57,852 nucleotides of DNA from Octopus bimaculoides (Eukaryota). This document shows, one piece after another, positions 1 to 12,240 of the stretch; within the stretch, counting starts at the first letter, position 1; each line of letters opens with the position of its first letter. The notes beneath the pieces were generated by a model. The model searched no databases and was not told where the DNA came from. It was given only the letters and a program-made list of their open reading frames with translations. The position numbers and the translations under genes were made by a program. The DNA lies in NCBI RefSeq assembly GCF_001194135.2, contig NC_068981.1, positions 26,215,391 to 26,273,242 on the forward strand, in the 5' to 3' direction.

Positions 1-651
1 TTTCCAGGTGCACATTACCAAGATGGCAAGAACATGTTGACGGCTGGCTGTCTGGATCGTGAGGACATTCATCTTCAGCCGCCTAGACTACTGCTCCCAA
101 CTATGGTCAACTCACAGTGTAAAATTAGCAGCGGAACTTGAAGCAATCCAGCGAAGCTTCAGTAAGAAGATCGTCACATTGCTACAGTTCAGCTGATTGA
201 GAAAGGCTGAAACAGCTAAGACTCTACTCCCTGGAGGGAAGGTGGGTGAGATATGCAATAATATACATCTGGAAGATCCCAGAAGGGATTGCGCCAAATT
301 CTGGCATTCAAAGCTACACAAAGCTAGAAAGGGTCACCACTTTACAGTACCAAAGATACCAACAATGTCGTCGTGCTTCAAGACCAGTTAATGCAATAGC
401 CTGGATTTCAAGGCCCCACAGCTTTTTAATATCCTCCCAAAGAGCCTGAGAGACCTACATAAGGTGAATGTAGGTGTTTTCAAAACAAAACTGGAGATGG
501 GTTCATCTGGATCTCTTCCCAGATTAACCTACCTCGTGTTAGGAGAAGCAAATGAGGGCAGCGACATCAAACTCACCTATTGACTAAATGCCACATATCA
601 GATTAGGATCTCACTAATAACAGTGTAGCAAAACGGTGGTGCTCCAGCATG
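1..651 (+). mobile_element. CR1-clade LINE, decayed 3' end of ORF2 plus 3' UTR
   Basis: Frameshifted translation gives FSRLDYCSQLWS..LEAIQRSF, RYAIIYIWKIPEGIAPN and GPQLFNILPKSLRDL..VFKTKL, typical of the CR1 ORF2 C-terminus. Ends in GGTGGTGCTCCAGCATG at 635-651. Confidence 0.85.
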
Positions 652-812
652 CTCAACTGCACTGCACACATAAAAAATCAAGAAGGTTGCAGCCTAGGCA
701 GTTAGGTGGCCAGATGTTAGGGGTGATGTAGTCGCAGATATTTTATGATAGCCATGAATGGATTCTCCTGCTTGTGTGGCATGGTGCAGAGTCCTGTATT
801 TAAATTGATGTA
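652..812 (-). mobile_element. Tc1/mariner-superfamily transposase fragment (DD37D/maT-like)
   Basis: Minus strand reads QDSAPCHTSRRIHSWLS*NICDYITPNIWPPNCLGCN, matching the QQDxAPxH..WPPxSPDxNPLD catalytic region. Confidence 0.75.
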
Positions 813-893
813 ATGATTGCATTGTTCAATTAAATGGAGTCGCTTGAAATGGTCGTGCTGCATCACTACTTGACATCCTGTTGCTTATTTTGA

Positions 894-965
<72 letters not shown>

Positions 966-1039
966 TACGCATGAATGCATATGTGTGGTTGGCATGCTTG
1001 AGGGTATTTGTGTTGCATGCTTACATATGTTTATGTATA

Positions 1040-1470
1040 CGTATTATAGGAACAAGTTCTTCAAGGGCACGTTTACATGATTTGAGGAAGTTTGCTGAGA
1101 ATCTATCAGAGCAAGCAACTGAGTTTATATCTACCATATTTACGGCCGGTATTACTTCTTCTTTGATGTCAATGTAACCAATTGTTACGGCCTCCTTTTT
1201 GTTCATCTATAGTGGGAAAGAACTCTATAGATTTGCGTACTTGTATGTGCCGTAAGAGTGGGCTAGAAGCGCTTTTGAATTGGTAATTCACCATACCACT
1301 TATCCTGATTGGGTTTCTCACTAGGGAACCATCGTTTAGAAGGAGTCGCCCTACCTTGCAGCGCTCGGAAGTAGTTTTTTGACAAACTTAAAGAAGGCCT
1401 TAGGTTGTGTTTTTATGTTTTCTATAACCCAGGCTTACTTGTCTACTTCCTCTTTATCTTATATTCATCT
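1040..1470 (-). mobile_element. CR1-clade LINE ORF2 fragment (endonuclease-RT linker and RT start)
   Basis: IENIKTQPKAFFKFVKK, GRLLLNDGSLVRNPIRISGMVNYQFKS and DINSVACSDRFSANFLKSCKRAL (cf. SAAGPDGFPAILLKxC), with stops and frameshifts. Confidence 0.75.
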
Positions 1471-2364
1471 AAATTCGTGCATGTATAGCGAAGATGCAAA
1501 TACGTGTACATATAATGCTTGCATACGTTCATATGCGAGTAATATCGTGTGTATATCTATTATGCTTCCAAGTAGCCATCACTCTTTTCTAGCTAAATTG
1601 ATTTATTTTAATGCTAGCGGCTGTTATTGTATTTATAACGTAAATAAGATATATGTTTGTTTTTCGTTAAAAAAACAGCACCCATTTATATACACCTCGA
1701 CTTATATATGTATGCATATGTTTAATCACACACAGACACACACATACATACATATACATACGCATGTATATATATAATGTATTTAACGTGTGTATGATTC
1801 GGTCTATTATTTAGTTTGCCTTGGAATACGATGTATTCGTGTATCCTATCAATTATCGACGAAGCAGTAAATCTAGGTGATATATTCTATTTGACATTCA
1901 TCATATAAAACATCTAACAAGACATTGAGCAACAGCTTCATTGGTAAACATTCACTCTTGTCCAACAGTCTACAGTCTGCACTGTAACATGCCTCTTTGC
2001 GATGTATTTTCACCCAGCATCTGTCTCATCACAGCTTTTAGCAGCAATTACTACTTCGCAAAAATAGCTACATTTGTATTTCAACCTGATGTGTCAGCTG
2101 CCTCTTCTCATTATTCCTATTGTGTCTCATTTGGTATGTGGACCTCTTTTCAAAATGATGTGTTCAGAACATGTTTAAAACTTGCAAAATCAACGAGAGA
2201 TCGTAAATCCAATCACTTGATTTCATTGCGCTAACAGACGATCATTTATAATCAATTGTCTTCTTGAAAACAATTGAACATGCCACTTAATTAGACATTA
2301 ACAACCAAACTTCATTCTAACTATACAACTAACTCTTACAAAAAGAAAAAAGAAAGCTAACGTT

Positions 2365-2512
2365 GGCGCAGTTGTTGCTGTGTGGTAAGAAGTTTGCTTC
2401 CTAACCAAATGGTCCCGGCCCTTCAGTTCCACTGCAGGGCATATTTGGCAACTGTCTTCTACTATAACGTCGGGCTGGCCAATGTCTTGAGAGTAGATTT
2501 GGTAGACGCAAT
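2365..2512 (+). mobile_element. SINE family A, tRNA-like head, old copy
   Basis: Diverged match to the heads at 46028 and 22140-22308 (GCTGTGTGGTAAG..CTTCTACTATA..GATTTGGTAGACG). Confidence 0.7.
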
Positions 2513-3227
2513 CATTAGGCACTCAGAGAAAGACACGCGATTCTGATTGTTTTCGCACCTGTTTGAAAAAATAGTTCATCAGAAGATTGTGTACCATACA
2601 GAAATATAACGATTCCACTGGTTAGCTGTCTTCTATGTAGCCTGCAATATTTCAAAACTACTACGACGATGATGATGAGATGAAAGTAGCAGTAACAGCG
2701 GCAACAATGAGTATATTCTTCCTATTTCATGACCGTCCAAAACGATTAGTCGGAACTAGCTTCAGATGGCGCACAATCAAATGAACTTGTACCGATTCAT
2801 GACAGCTGGTGTGACAATGAATGTAATGTACAATAAATATTTCTGCCAGGAAAAGCGATAACCCATTAGCAATTTATCCATTGTAATATCTACCTGATTA
2901 ATCTATAAGCTTCAATGGAGACACACACATATTCACACCTGTATGTCGTTGATCATTTCTTTTATCTTTTATTTATTTCATACATTGGACTGCGTTCATG
3001 CTGGGGCAGCCATTCCAAATATTTTGATCGAATAAATCAACCTCAATATTTATATATTTTCTTTTTGTTTTTTAAGTTTAGTACTTATTCAGTTGGTCTG
3101 TCTTGGCAAGTTATCAGGACGTAAGCAAACCAAGACCGGTAGTCAAGTGGTAGGGATTGACAAACAGTCACAAAGACGCACTCATACGCGCTCACATACA
3201 CACACACATTCATAGATAGATAGAAAA

Positions 3228-3278
<51 letters not shown>

Positions 3279-3565
3279 CGAAGTCAGATAGATTGGAGTA
3301 ATTTTTCCGGCTCTCCACGTTCTGAGCTTCAATTCCGCTGAACTCATCAATTTGCCTTTCATCGTTCTTTCCCAGTCGCAGCCCTGTATCGGGAACAGGT
3401 CTCCGTTTTTGCACTTATGTCTGTCTGTCTCTCTTTCTGTCTATATGACTCGAGAGAAAGAGAGAGATATAAAGAGGAGAGAATGTCTGTGTGTTTGTAC
3501 TATATGTATATACGGATAGATAGTAAGACAGATAGATTCATAGTCGAACGAGGGTGAAAGAAATA

Positions 3566-3657
<92 letters not shown>

Positions 3658-3776
3658 AATATAGTGAGAATGTGCAGCGGAGGTTAGTGGATAGGTAAGT
3701 AAGTAAGTAAAAGTACATAAATATTTAGACAGTGAAGAAATAATATCAGTGAAGAAATAATATCTACAGCAAACCG

Positions 3777-3964
3777 TTTGTCCCCCCAACATCGCTTGAC
3801 AATCAATGCTGGGGTGTTTACGTCCCCATAACTTAGTGGTTCGGAAAAAGGGCCCGATATAATAAGTACTACTCTTACAAAGAATAAGTCCTGGGGTCGA
3901 TTTGCTCGACTAAAGGCGGTGCTCCAGCATGGCCATAGTGAAATGATTGAAACAAGTAAAAATA
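3777..3964 (+). mobile_element. SINE family A, 3' body and tail
   Basis: CATCGCTTGACAA..AATAAGTCCTGGGGTCGATTTGCTCGACTAAAGGCGGTGCTCCAGCATGGCC..GAAACAAGTAAA, near-identical to the reverse complement of 21890-22070. Confidence 0.85.
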
Positions 3965-3965
3965 G

Positions 3966-3997
<32 letters not shown>

Positions 3998-3999
3998 AA

Positions 4000-4686
4000 T
4001 TTTGTTAATGCTGGAAAATTCCAAGCCCTGCGCAACCATCTCCCAAAATTGACCGAAAACCTTTCAGGGTACACTGGCCCACAGTGGGATTACAATCCCA
4101 GAACCTAAATCAGTAAGAGACGTGGGTATCGGCATGAGTCATGATNNNNNNNNNNNNNNNNNNNNNNNNNNNNNNNNNNNNNNNNNNNNNNNNNNNNNNN
4201 NNNNNNNNNNNNNNNNNNNNNNNNNNNNNNNNNNNNNNNNNNNNNNNNNNNNNNNNNNNNNNNNNNNNNNNNNNNNNNNNNNNNNNNNNNNNNNNNNNNN
4301 NNNNNNNNNNNNNNNNNNNNNNNNNNNNNNNNNNNNNNNNNNNNNNNNNNNNNNNNNNNNNNNNNNNNTAGACTACTGCTCCCAACTATGGTCAACTCAC
4401 AGTGTAAAATTAGCAGCGGAACTTGAAGCAATCCAGCGAAGCTTCAGTAAGAACATCGTCACATTGCTACAGTTCAGCTGATTGAGAAAGGCTGAAACAG
4501 CTAAGACTCTACTCCCTGGAGGGAAGGTGGGTGAGATATGCAATAATATACATCTGGAAGATCCCAGAAGGGATTGCGCCAAATTCTGGCATTCAAAGCT
4601 ACACAAAGCTAGAAAGGGTCACCACTTTACAGCACCAAAGATACCAACAATGTCGTCGTGCTTCAAGACCAGTTAATGCAATAGCC
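4000..4686 (+). mobile_element. CR1 fragment whose 3' part duplicates 84-401
   Basis: NAGKFQALR and GITIPEPKSVRDVGIGMSHD before the gap. 4369-4686 matches 84-401 with 2 mismatches seen, including the same stop and frameshifts. Confidence 0.85.
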
Positions 4687-5194
4687 ATCGACGAAGCAGT
4701 TCAATGTTAACCAGCTGCTCAACTCACATCATTGCTGAATGTTTTTCAAAGGGCGAAATACATTTATACAGTTAGACAAACTGGGACACAGAATAACTAT
4801 AACAAAAACTATCCAACTAAATAAATACGTAAATAAATAGGGCGTCATCTTATTTATCAGTTTCCCATCCTATTCAAATTACATAATTTGGAAATATATT
4901 TGACCCAATTTCAACCTCATAGGTTACTGAGTGAAAACAGGACATTTTTAATGAAAACAATGGGCCAGCATTTCAATGATTGGTACGACTAAGTGTCTGA
5001 AAGGAACTGAACTGCTATGAGTTTATGTACGCAAATGTATTTGTACTGGATTTCGTTATTCGTGTCGTCTGTTGATTTTCCAATATATATGCCTGTCGAC
5101 TGTCCAATACCTATCAAAATAGCATTCAGGGAATGAGAAATATCGCCAAACAAAATACACACACACATATACATGTATACATACATTCACAACA

Positions 5195-5243
<49 letters not shown>

Positions 5244-5264
5244 TGCTTAGTATTCATTGCTTAC

Positions 5265-5293
5265 ACATTTGCACTTTCAAGCTTGGATAATTT
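5265..5293 (-). other. Candidate microexon (29 nt)
   Basis: CTCCACTCTGTTATCTCAG|AAATTATCCAAGCTTGAAAGTGCAAATGT|GTAAGC. Confidence 0.15.
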
Positions 5294-6543
5294 CTGAGAT
5301 AACAGAGTGGAGATTAAGCAATCAATACAACAAAAGTAACAAAAAGCTATCTATAGTCGTCGCCGCCGTCGTCGGATCCAGACTGCTTGGTTTATACAAT
5401 CAGTAACAAAAATAAAATACTGTGGCACAGAATGTTTTTGATAGTTGCATATGTTTGATGGAGAAATTATAATAGTACAGAATAATTAACTACAAAGATT
5501 GTATATATATNNNNNNNNNNNNNNNNNNNNNNNNNNNNNNNNNNNNNNNNNNNNNNNNNNNNNNNNNNNNNNNNNNNNNNNNNNNNNNNNNNNNNNNNNN
5601 NNNNNNNNNNNNNNNNNNNNNNNNNNNNNNNNNNNNNNNNNNNNNNNNNNNNNNNNNNNNNNNNNNNNNNNNNNNNNNNNNNNNNNNNNNNNNNNNNNNN
5701 NNNNNNNNNNNNNNNNNNNNNNNNNNNNNNNNNNNNNNNNNNNNNNNNNNNNNNNNNNNNNNNNNNNNNNNNNNNNNNNNNNNNNNNNNNNNNNNNNNNN
5801 NNNNNNNNNNNNNNNNNNNNNNNNNNNNNNNNNNNNNNNNNNNNNNNNNNNNNNNNNNNNNNNNNNNNNNNNNNNNNNNNNNNNNNNNNNNNNNNNNNNN
5901 NNNNNNNNNNNNNNNNNNNNNNNNNNNNNNNNNNNNNNNNNNNNNNNNNNNNNNNNNNNNNNNNNNNNNNNNNNNNNNNNNNNNNNNNNNNNNNNNNNNN
6001 NNNNNNNNNNNNNNNNNNNNNNNNNNNNNNNNNNNNNNNNNNNNNNNNNNNNNNNNNNNNNNNNNNNNNNNNNNNNNNNNNNNNNNNNNNNNNNNNNNNN
6101 NNNNNNNNNNNNNNNNNNNNNNNNNNNNNNNNNNNNNNNNNNNNNNNNNNNNNNNNNNNNNNNNNNNNNNNNNNNNNNNNNNNNNNNNNNNNNNNNNNNN
6201 NNNNNNNNNNNNNNNNNNNNNNNNNNNNNNNNNNNNNNNNNNNNNNNNNNNNNNNNNNNNNNNNNNNNNNNNNNNNNNNNNNNNNNNNNNNNNNNNNNNN
6301 NNNNNNNNNNNNNNNNNNNNNNNNNNNNNNNNNNNNNNNNNNNNNNNNNNNNNNNNNNNNNNNNNNNNNNNNNNNNNNNNNNNNNNNNNNNNNNNNNNNN
6401 NNNNNNNNNNNNNNNNNNNNNNNNNNNNNNNNNNNNNNNNNNNNNNNNNNNNNNNNNNNNNNNNNNNNNNNNNNNNNNNNNNNNNNNNNNNNNNNNNNNN
6501 NNNNNNNNGGAGAAGCAACTCAATTGCTAATCCCTTATATTTA

Positions 6544-6581
<38 letters not shown>

Positions 6582-6968
6582 AGAGAGAAAGAGAGAGAGA
6601 GAGAGACGTGGAGATAAATTGTCAGAGAGATAAATGCTGAGACACACAGACAGGCAATAGGAAGGTAAGAAAAGAACGAAGAGATATTGTTGAAGATAAT
6701 GCAACAAAAACCAAATTCTTACATTGAGAGATGACACATAGCACGTCTGCTAAAACGTCACAGCGCCTTATACCACTCCAATATTTCTTCATACTTCGAA
6801 GAGATCTGTTTAAATTATCATGTTATTCCAGTATAACTTGTATGTTTTGCTCCGTGTGAAATAGTGTCTTGGAGCACTGGGTGATAACACGCAGCGCCCT
6901 TCCTTCGAAAAGATATAGTATATATATGTGCGTGTAAATGAAAAAAAATTGGAGTTAAAAAGAAGGGA

Positions 6969-7401
6969 TACGGTTGGGCATTTAATTTTTAATCACAATT
7001 GTTTCCACGAGACGCATTTCTCCAATAGTGCAGGTAGTTGTTTATACAACTGTTTCGCTGCGTTATGAGATCTAGTTGTGTTTCCTCGAGTGATATGTAA
7101 ATATTGTCTCCGCAAGTTCAAAATCCTCGGTTTCAAGAACATCTCTATCTTTCGTAGCCTGAATTTAGTATGGCCTGAATTTATTATCAGTGACTACTAC
7201 TAAATTCAGACCACGACAAACAGAAGGGGTGTTCATGAAGCCGGGGATTTCAAAATTACGGGGATAATACTTACATATCGCTTGAGGAAACAACTAGATC
7301 TTATAATGCAGGGAAACAGTTGCATAATCAAGTACCTACTCTCCTGGAGAACTATGTTGCGTGCAACAAGTGTACTGATTAAAAAATAATGTCCAGCCGT
7401 A
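6969..7401. mobile_element. Palindromic MITE with long TIRs and TA ends (Tc1/mariner type)
   Basis: Begins TACGGTTGGGCATT and ends AATGTCCAGCCGTA. The arms are reverse-complementary over roughly 180 bp, with an inner CTGAATTTAGTA/TACTAAATTCAG pair. Confidence 0.85.
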
Positions 7402-7563
7402 CTCCTTGTTGCTGACTTTAATTTTTTTAATTATGTATTCACACACGACAGTTGCCCAAACACAAATCTGGAAGTACGTATATTTCTACTACTGTTGATA
7501 GCACAGGGTAAATCTGAAGATAGACGAGCTCTATACTGTACTCTACTACGTTCTTAACAGACC

Positions 7564-7594
<31 letters not shown>

Positions 7595-7804
7595 TGTATG
7601 TATGTATGTATGTATGTATGTATGTATGTATGTGCCTACGTATGTATGTATGTATGTATACATCTTTCTTGTCCCACTTGTTTCAAATATTTGTACCATA
7701 CACAACAATCAAATCCTGAACTTTCAGGTAATTTTAGAGTGAATGGAAATGTTTTGCTATATACTATACGTGCATGGTATTATACATGGTACTGGATTCG
7801 ATAT

Positions 7805-8070
7805 CATTGCGTGGCACCTTGAGCTAGTCTTCTACTGTAGCATCGGGCCTTTCGAAGCCTTCAGCGTAGAATTGGTAGACGGAAACTGAAAGAAGGGCGT
7901 CCTGTGCGTGCATGCGTGCGTGCGCTTGTTCCCTACGCCTCCTTTTCGTTTGTTACGTCCCGTAACTTCGCTGGTGTGCAAAACAGACTGTTAGAATACG
8001 TACTAGGTTTAGAAAAATATAGAGGGTTCGATTCTTTTGACTAAAAGTTCTTCAAGACAGTGCCCCAGCA
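7805..8070 (+). mobile_element. SINE family A, degenerate copy
   Basis: GTGGCACCTTG..GGTAGACGGAAACTGAAAGAAG, then a decayed body ending GTGCCCCAGCA. Confidence 0.65.
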
Positions 8071-8899
8071 AAAATATCTTTATTTACGCCGACGTTATCC
8101 TCTTGATTCGAAAGGAAAAAAATCATAAGAACACATTTTTTATATAAATTTACTTGTCTCATGAGTCCTCATTCCCACCAACAATTTCATTTTTACCCTA
8201 GTTTGGGTAATTTACCCCAGTAATATAAACTGAAGATGCCCATGAGGGAGCCTCTTAACAGTAACCCAATTTGCTAACAGTAGCGACGAAATCTCTACCC
8301 ACCCCCAGCCACCATTATATATTGCCGTCTGAAGAAAAGATATACCGGATGGTGTTGCTGAGGTTAAACTGTATCTTAATAAGAGACGGAAATCACATGG
8401 CAGTTATAATCTCATAAAAGGGTAGCGTCTGCACTGTTGATCTGGGTTTGAAATAAACATCAAGGCCAGTATCATCAAGAAGAAAACGAAAACGAAGTAA
8501 AAGAAGAAAAAGACAAACAATGATAACAACATTGCCAACCACACTGACGTCTGGCACAACATCAACAACAATAACGTCAAGATGGTATCGACGAAGATTT
8601 TGGCTTGTTCATATCTATAAAGCCAAAGTATAAAACAAACTTCTGTTACAGATATTTTCTTCATTCATCTTCAGTCGTCTTCTAAGTTAAAATCAAATAC
8701 AAAACCATATTGACAATAAGAATATATAAAAGAACAACAGAATACAGTTTATGCATGTTGTATGTCTCAACTTTATAGGTATTCATAAACATTGTTGATG
8801 TGAAAATTGAAAATGAAATCAGCTCACTGGGAACTTGTCACCTACAAAATTATCAGCACGGTTAACACTACAGCAACAAAACAATAATAACATTGATAA

Positions 8900-9215
8900 T
8901 GATTCCAAATTTTGGCACAAGGCCATCAGGTTCGGGGATGGGGTGAGTTGATTACAATGACTCCGGTACTCAACTGGTACTTATTTTATCGACCCCGAAA
9001 TGACGATAGGCAAGATCAACCACAGGAGAAATAACACAAAGTTTCCTTTCCGACGTTGTAATAATTCTACCAGCCAACCGCCTTAACAACAACAACAAAA
9101 ACAATAACAACAACAACAGTACTAATTCTTCTACAAGACCTGAAATTTGGGGTAGGGGTACTAGTCGATTCACTGGTAGTTAATTTATCAACCCCGAAAG
9201 GATGAAAGGCAAAGT
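8900..9215 (-). mobile_element. Two SINE family B 3' fragments
   Basis: ACTGGTACTTATTTTATCGACCCCGAAA and ATCAACCCCGAAAGGATGAAAGGCAAAGT are reverse complements of the B core seen at 39480-39530. Confidence 0.7.
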
Positions 9216-10375
9216 GTGTCCGCGATCTTGGTCTCACTGACGGCTTTCAAATCCAGACTTAGTCACCTGAGGTCGTTGTGCAAACGTCCTTGCTTCCACG
9301 ACGACCCCACGCCACATACATTTATACAACCTACTTTAAGAACCATCATACGGGCTCTCCTGTACTCTAAACATGTTGGGGCTGCAGAACACCCCTCTGT
9401 TTCAATCTTCTCGTATTGTGTTATGAGAACCATCGGCTTTTCATTGGCCTTCCTGACTAGCACGAAATTTCACTGCTGCGCGGATGGTTGTTGTTGTTGT
9501 TGTAGTGACATTTTTCTTTTCAAAATTTGTTCTGATTTTGTGATTCTGTTGCGGGTGTTTCTGATGATTTTGGTGATTATGGGGCTTGTAGTGATGGTGT
9601 TGTCATCAGTGTGTCTGTGTTGACAGTTTCTTGAATGTATCCCTTTTTTTCTATCTCTTGTTTTTGTTTTTCTTTGCCTTTTGGTATTATTTGTCCTGCT
9701 TCTCTTGTAATTGTTGCTCCTGCAACTGTAGCTTCCATCACTGCTGCTGGTGCCACTCCCACTTTCACTGTAACATCTGTCTGTTTTGTCTCCTTGGGTT
9801 CAATTTCTGTTTCTATTCCCCTGCCTTTCTGTTGATGCTGTTGTTTTTGTTGGTTATTTGTTGACTCATGGGCTGTGGTGCTTTCGTTTGGACATTTATT
9901 TCTGCTCTTTTGTTCTAATTCCATAGGCAGAAAAACCGTAAGTGGCCCGTTGATCCAAAATCGTGACACCTCGGCCTTCTGCCCTCCACGTTCACTGTTA
10001 GTTCTACATTATTTGAGGGGAAATTAGGTCTGAGATTTTCTCTAACTGTTCTGGCTTCACACGGAAAAGAACCTCCAAGATAGTTCCAACCCAATTCTCC
10101 CTCCTCGATCTTTTAACATCCAGGAGATTCTTTCTCCCATCCGTACAAATACAGGCCAGAATCCACTATTAATCCAGGCCTGGTGGGACTCAAGTTACCG
10201 TCCTCATATGAATATATAAATTCCTATTGCCAATTCTTGAATGGCATAATTGACTCTAGCAGTATATGAAATAATAGTAAACTCAGTGAGTCATAAAGTA
10301 CAGCTCCCGAACCGCTCTTCGAAATACAATAATAATTTCCCATAAATTATCTCTACATTTGAAATATTCAGAAAA
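9216..10375 (-). mobile_element. Tx1/L1-type LINE fragment: ORF1 C-half and start of ORF2 endonuclease
   Basis: VNVEGRRPRCHDFGSTGHLRFFC is a decayed CX2CX4HX4C knuckle near 9930-9990. A low-complexity ORF1 tail follows, then MVLKVGCINVCGVGSSWKQGRLHNDLR*LSLDLKAVSETK (APE endonuclease N-terminus, xINxxG and xETK motifs). Confidence 0.8.
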
Positions 10376-10567
10376 AAAAAAGAAAATACAAAATAAGGAT
10401 ACCTCAGCAGAGTTTACTGGAAAACATAGGAAAGAAAAATATTATTAGAAACATCAGAACACTCCAACATAGGCTCCATTGGTTGCAAAGACGTTGATTG
10501 ATGACTTTCAATGAAAAACCAGAAAAAATGCCACTAAGTATTCTTCATTTTCTTATTTTACCTTTGA

Positions 10568-10892
10568 TCTTTTACTTGTTTCAGTCATTTGACTGCGGTC
10601 ATGCTGGAGCACTACATTTAGTTGAAGTAATCGACCCCAGGACTTATTCCTTACAAGCCTAGTACTTATTCTATCCGTCTCTTTTGTCAAGCTCGGTGGG
10701 AGGTACAAACACAGACACACAAACATATACATACGCCGGGCTTCTTTCAGTTTCCGTCTATGAAATCCACTCACAAGGCTTTGGTCGGCCCGAGCTTTTA
10801 GTAGAAGATGCTTGCCCAAGGTGCCATGCAGTGAGATTAAACCCGAAACCAAGTGATTGGGAAGCTTTTTACCACACAGCCAGGCCTGTGCC
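10568..10892 (-). mobile_element. SINE family A, near full length
   Basis: Tail (CTTTTACTTGTTTCAGTCATTTGACTGCGGTCATGCTGGAGCAC), internal CA/TA tract and head all present. Confidence 0.85.
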
Positions 10893-10934
10893 TATGCAAA
10901 CAATTCTACCAGCTGCCTTAACCAATCCGTTCTA

Positions 10935-12240
10935 CTATAGATGCGAAGCCTGAAACTTTGATGGAGGAGACTAGTCGATTGGACTGACCCCAATATCTAA
11001 TTGTTATTTATTTAATCGACCCCGAAAAAGATGAAGGACAAAGTCGACCTCGGAACTAATCTTATAATAATAGTTATCATTATTATTATTTATTATAGAG
11101 AAACCGGGGAAACTGGCAGAATCGTCAGCAAATCAAACAAAATGCTAAGCAGCATTTCTTCCGTCTTTACGTTCTGAGTTGGAAGTCGAATTTGCTTTTC
11201 ATCTCTTCGGGGTCGATGAAATAAGTACCAGTCAAATACTGGGGTTGATATAATTGACTGGCTCTCTCTCCCAAATTGAGGCCTGGTGCCTATAGTAGAA
11301 ATGATTACTTATAGTAGTGTCAGGGTGAGCAAGCGAGCAGAATCACTAGAACGTCGGAAAAAATGCATTGCGTTATTTAATCCGCCTCTTTAACTTTTGA
11401 GCTCAAATCCCGCCGAGATCAACCTGGCATTTCATCTCTTTGGAATCGATAAATTCAAGTCAGAATCTAGTACTACTAGTGATAGTATCAACTAACCTCC
11501 TGTCCACAAAAGTAAAACATGAATTATGTTTAAACCAGAAACAATTATACCTGAATTAATATAGTTGATGCATTCGCAGAATCGTTAGAAATTTGGCATT
11601 TCGTTTGGGACTTTACAATCAGAGTTCGAATTTTTCTGAGGTTAATTTTGCCTTTCATCATCCCAGGATTGATTGAATAACGTACCAGTCAAGTACAGGA
11701 GTCGATGTAATACACTAAACCTTTCTCCTCAAAACTGCTGCTCTTGTGTCTAATTTCTAATATACAGACAAAGCCAGGTATTTGAGGAAGTTAGTTTCTC
11801 GGTTAAATCGACTCCTATACTTGAAAGGTACTTTATTTTATCCCCACCGAAAGTTTGGAAAGCAAAGCTGATAGTAATGAGGATTTTGATGAGGATTATC
11901 ATGATTTTTATTATGATTATTGTTGTTGTTGTTGTTAGTGATAGACTCATAAATTAAAATAACATTGGTGTGCTGCGATAAAATAGATCTCACACAATCT
12001 GTTATGCCCATATGGTCTACGATTTAGATTGATGTATGGTCATAAAGACCATCTTTGTGGAATTCTAAGAAAGAATATTCAATCACACGGGATTTCCTCC
12101 GAAATTTACAGCCTGAGTTCCAATTAAGCGGAAGACAATTTGCCTTTCACCCCTCTACGATTGATAATATAAAGTATCAGATAAGTATTGGAGTCATTGT
12201 AATCTGACATCTTCAAAATTTTGGACCACGTGCTTAAATA
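10935..12240. mobile_element. Cluster of about six SINE family B copies in both orientations
   Basis: Plus-strand copies near 11105, 11325, 11570 and 12075 (GGCAGAATCG..TTTGCCTTTCATC..GTACCAGTC); minus-strand pieces at about 10940-11055 and 11780-11870. Confidence 0.75.

Noticed and set aside
8404-8664. Hydrophobic 86-aa minus-strand ORF resembling a membrane protein
   Set aside because: The hydrophobicity comes from an A-rich, AAC/GAA low-complexity plus strand; no motif or splice support.
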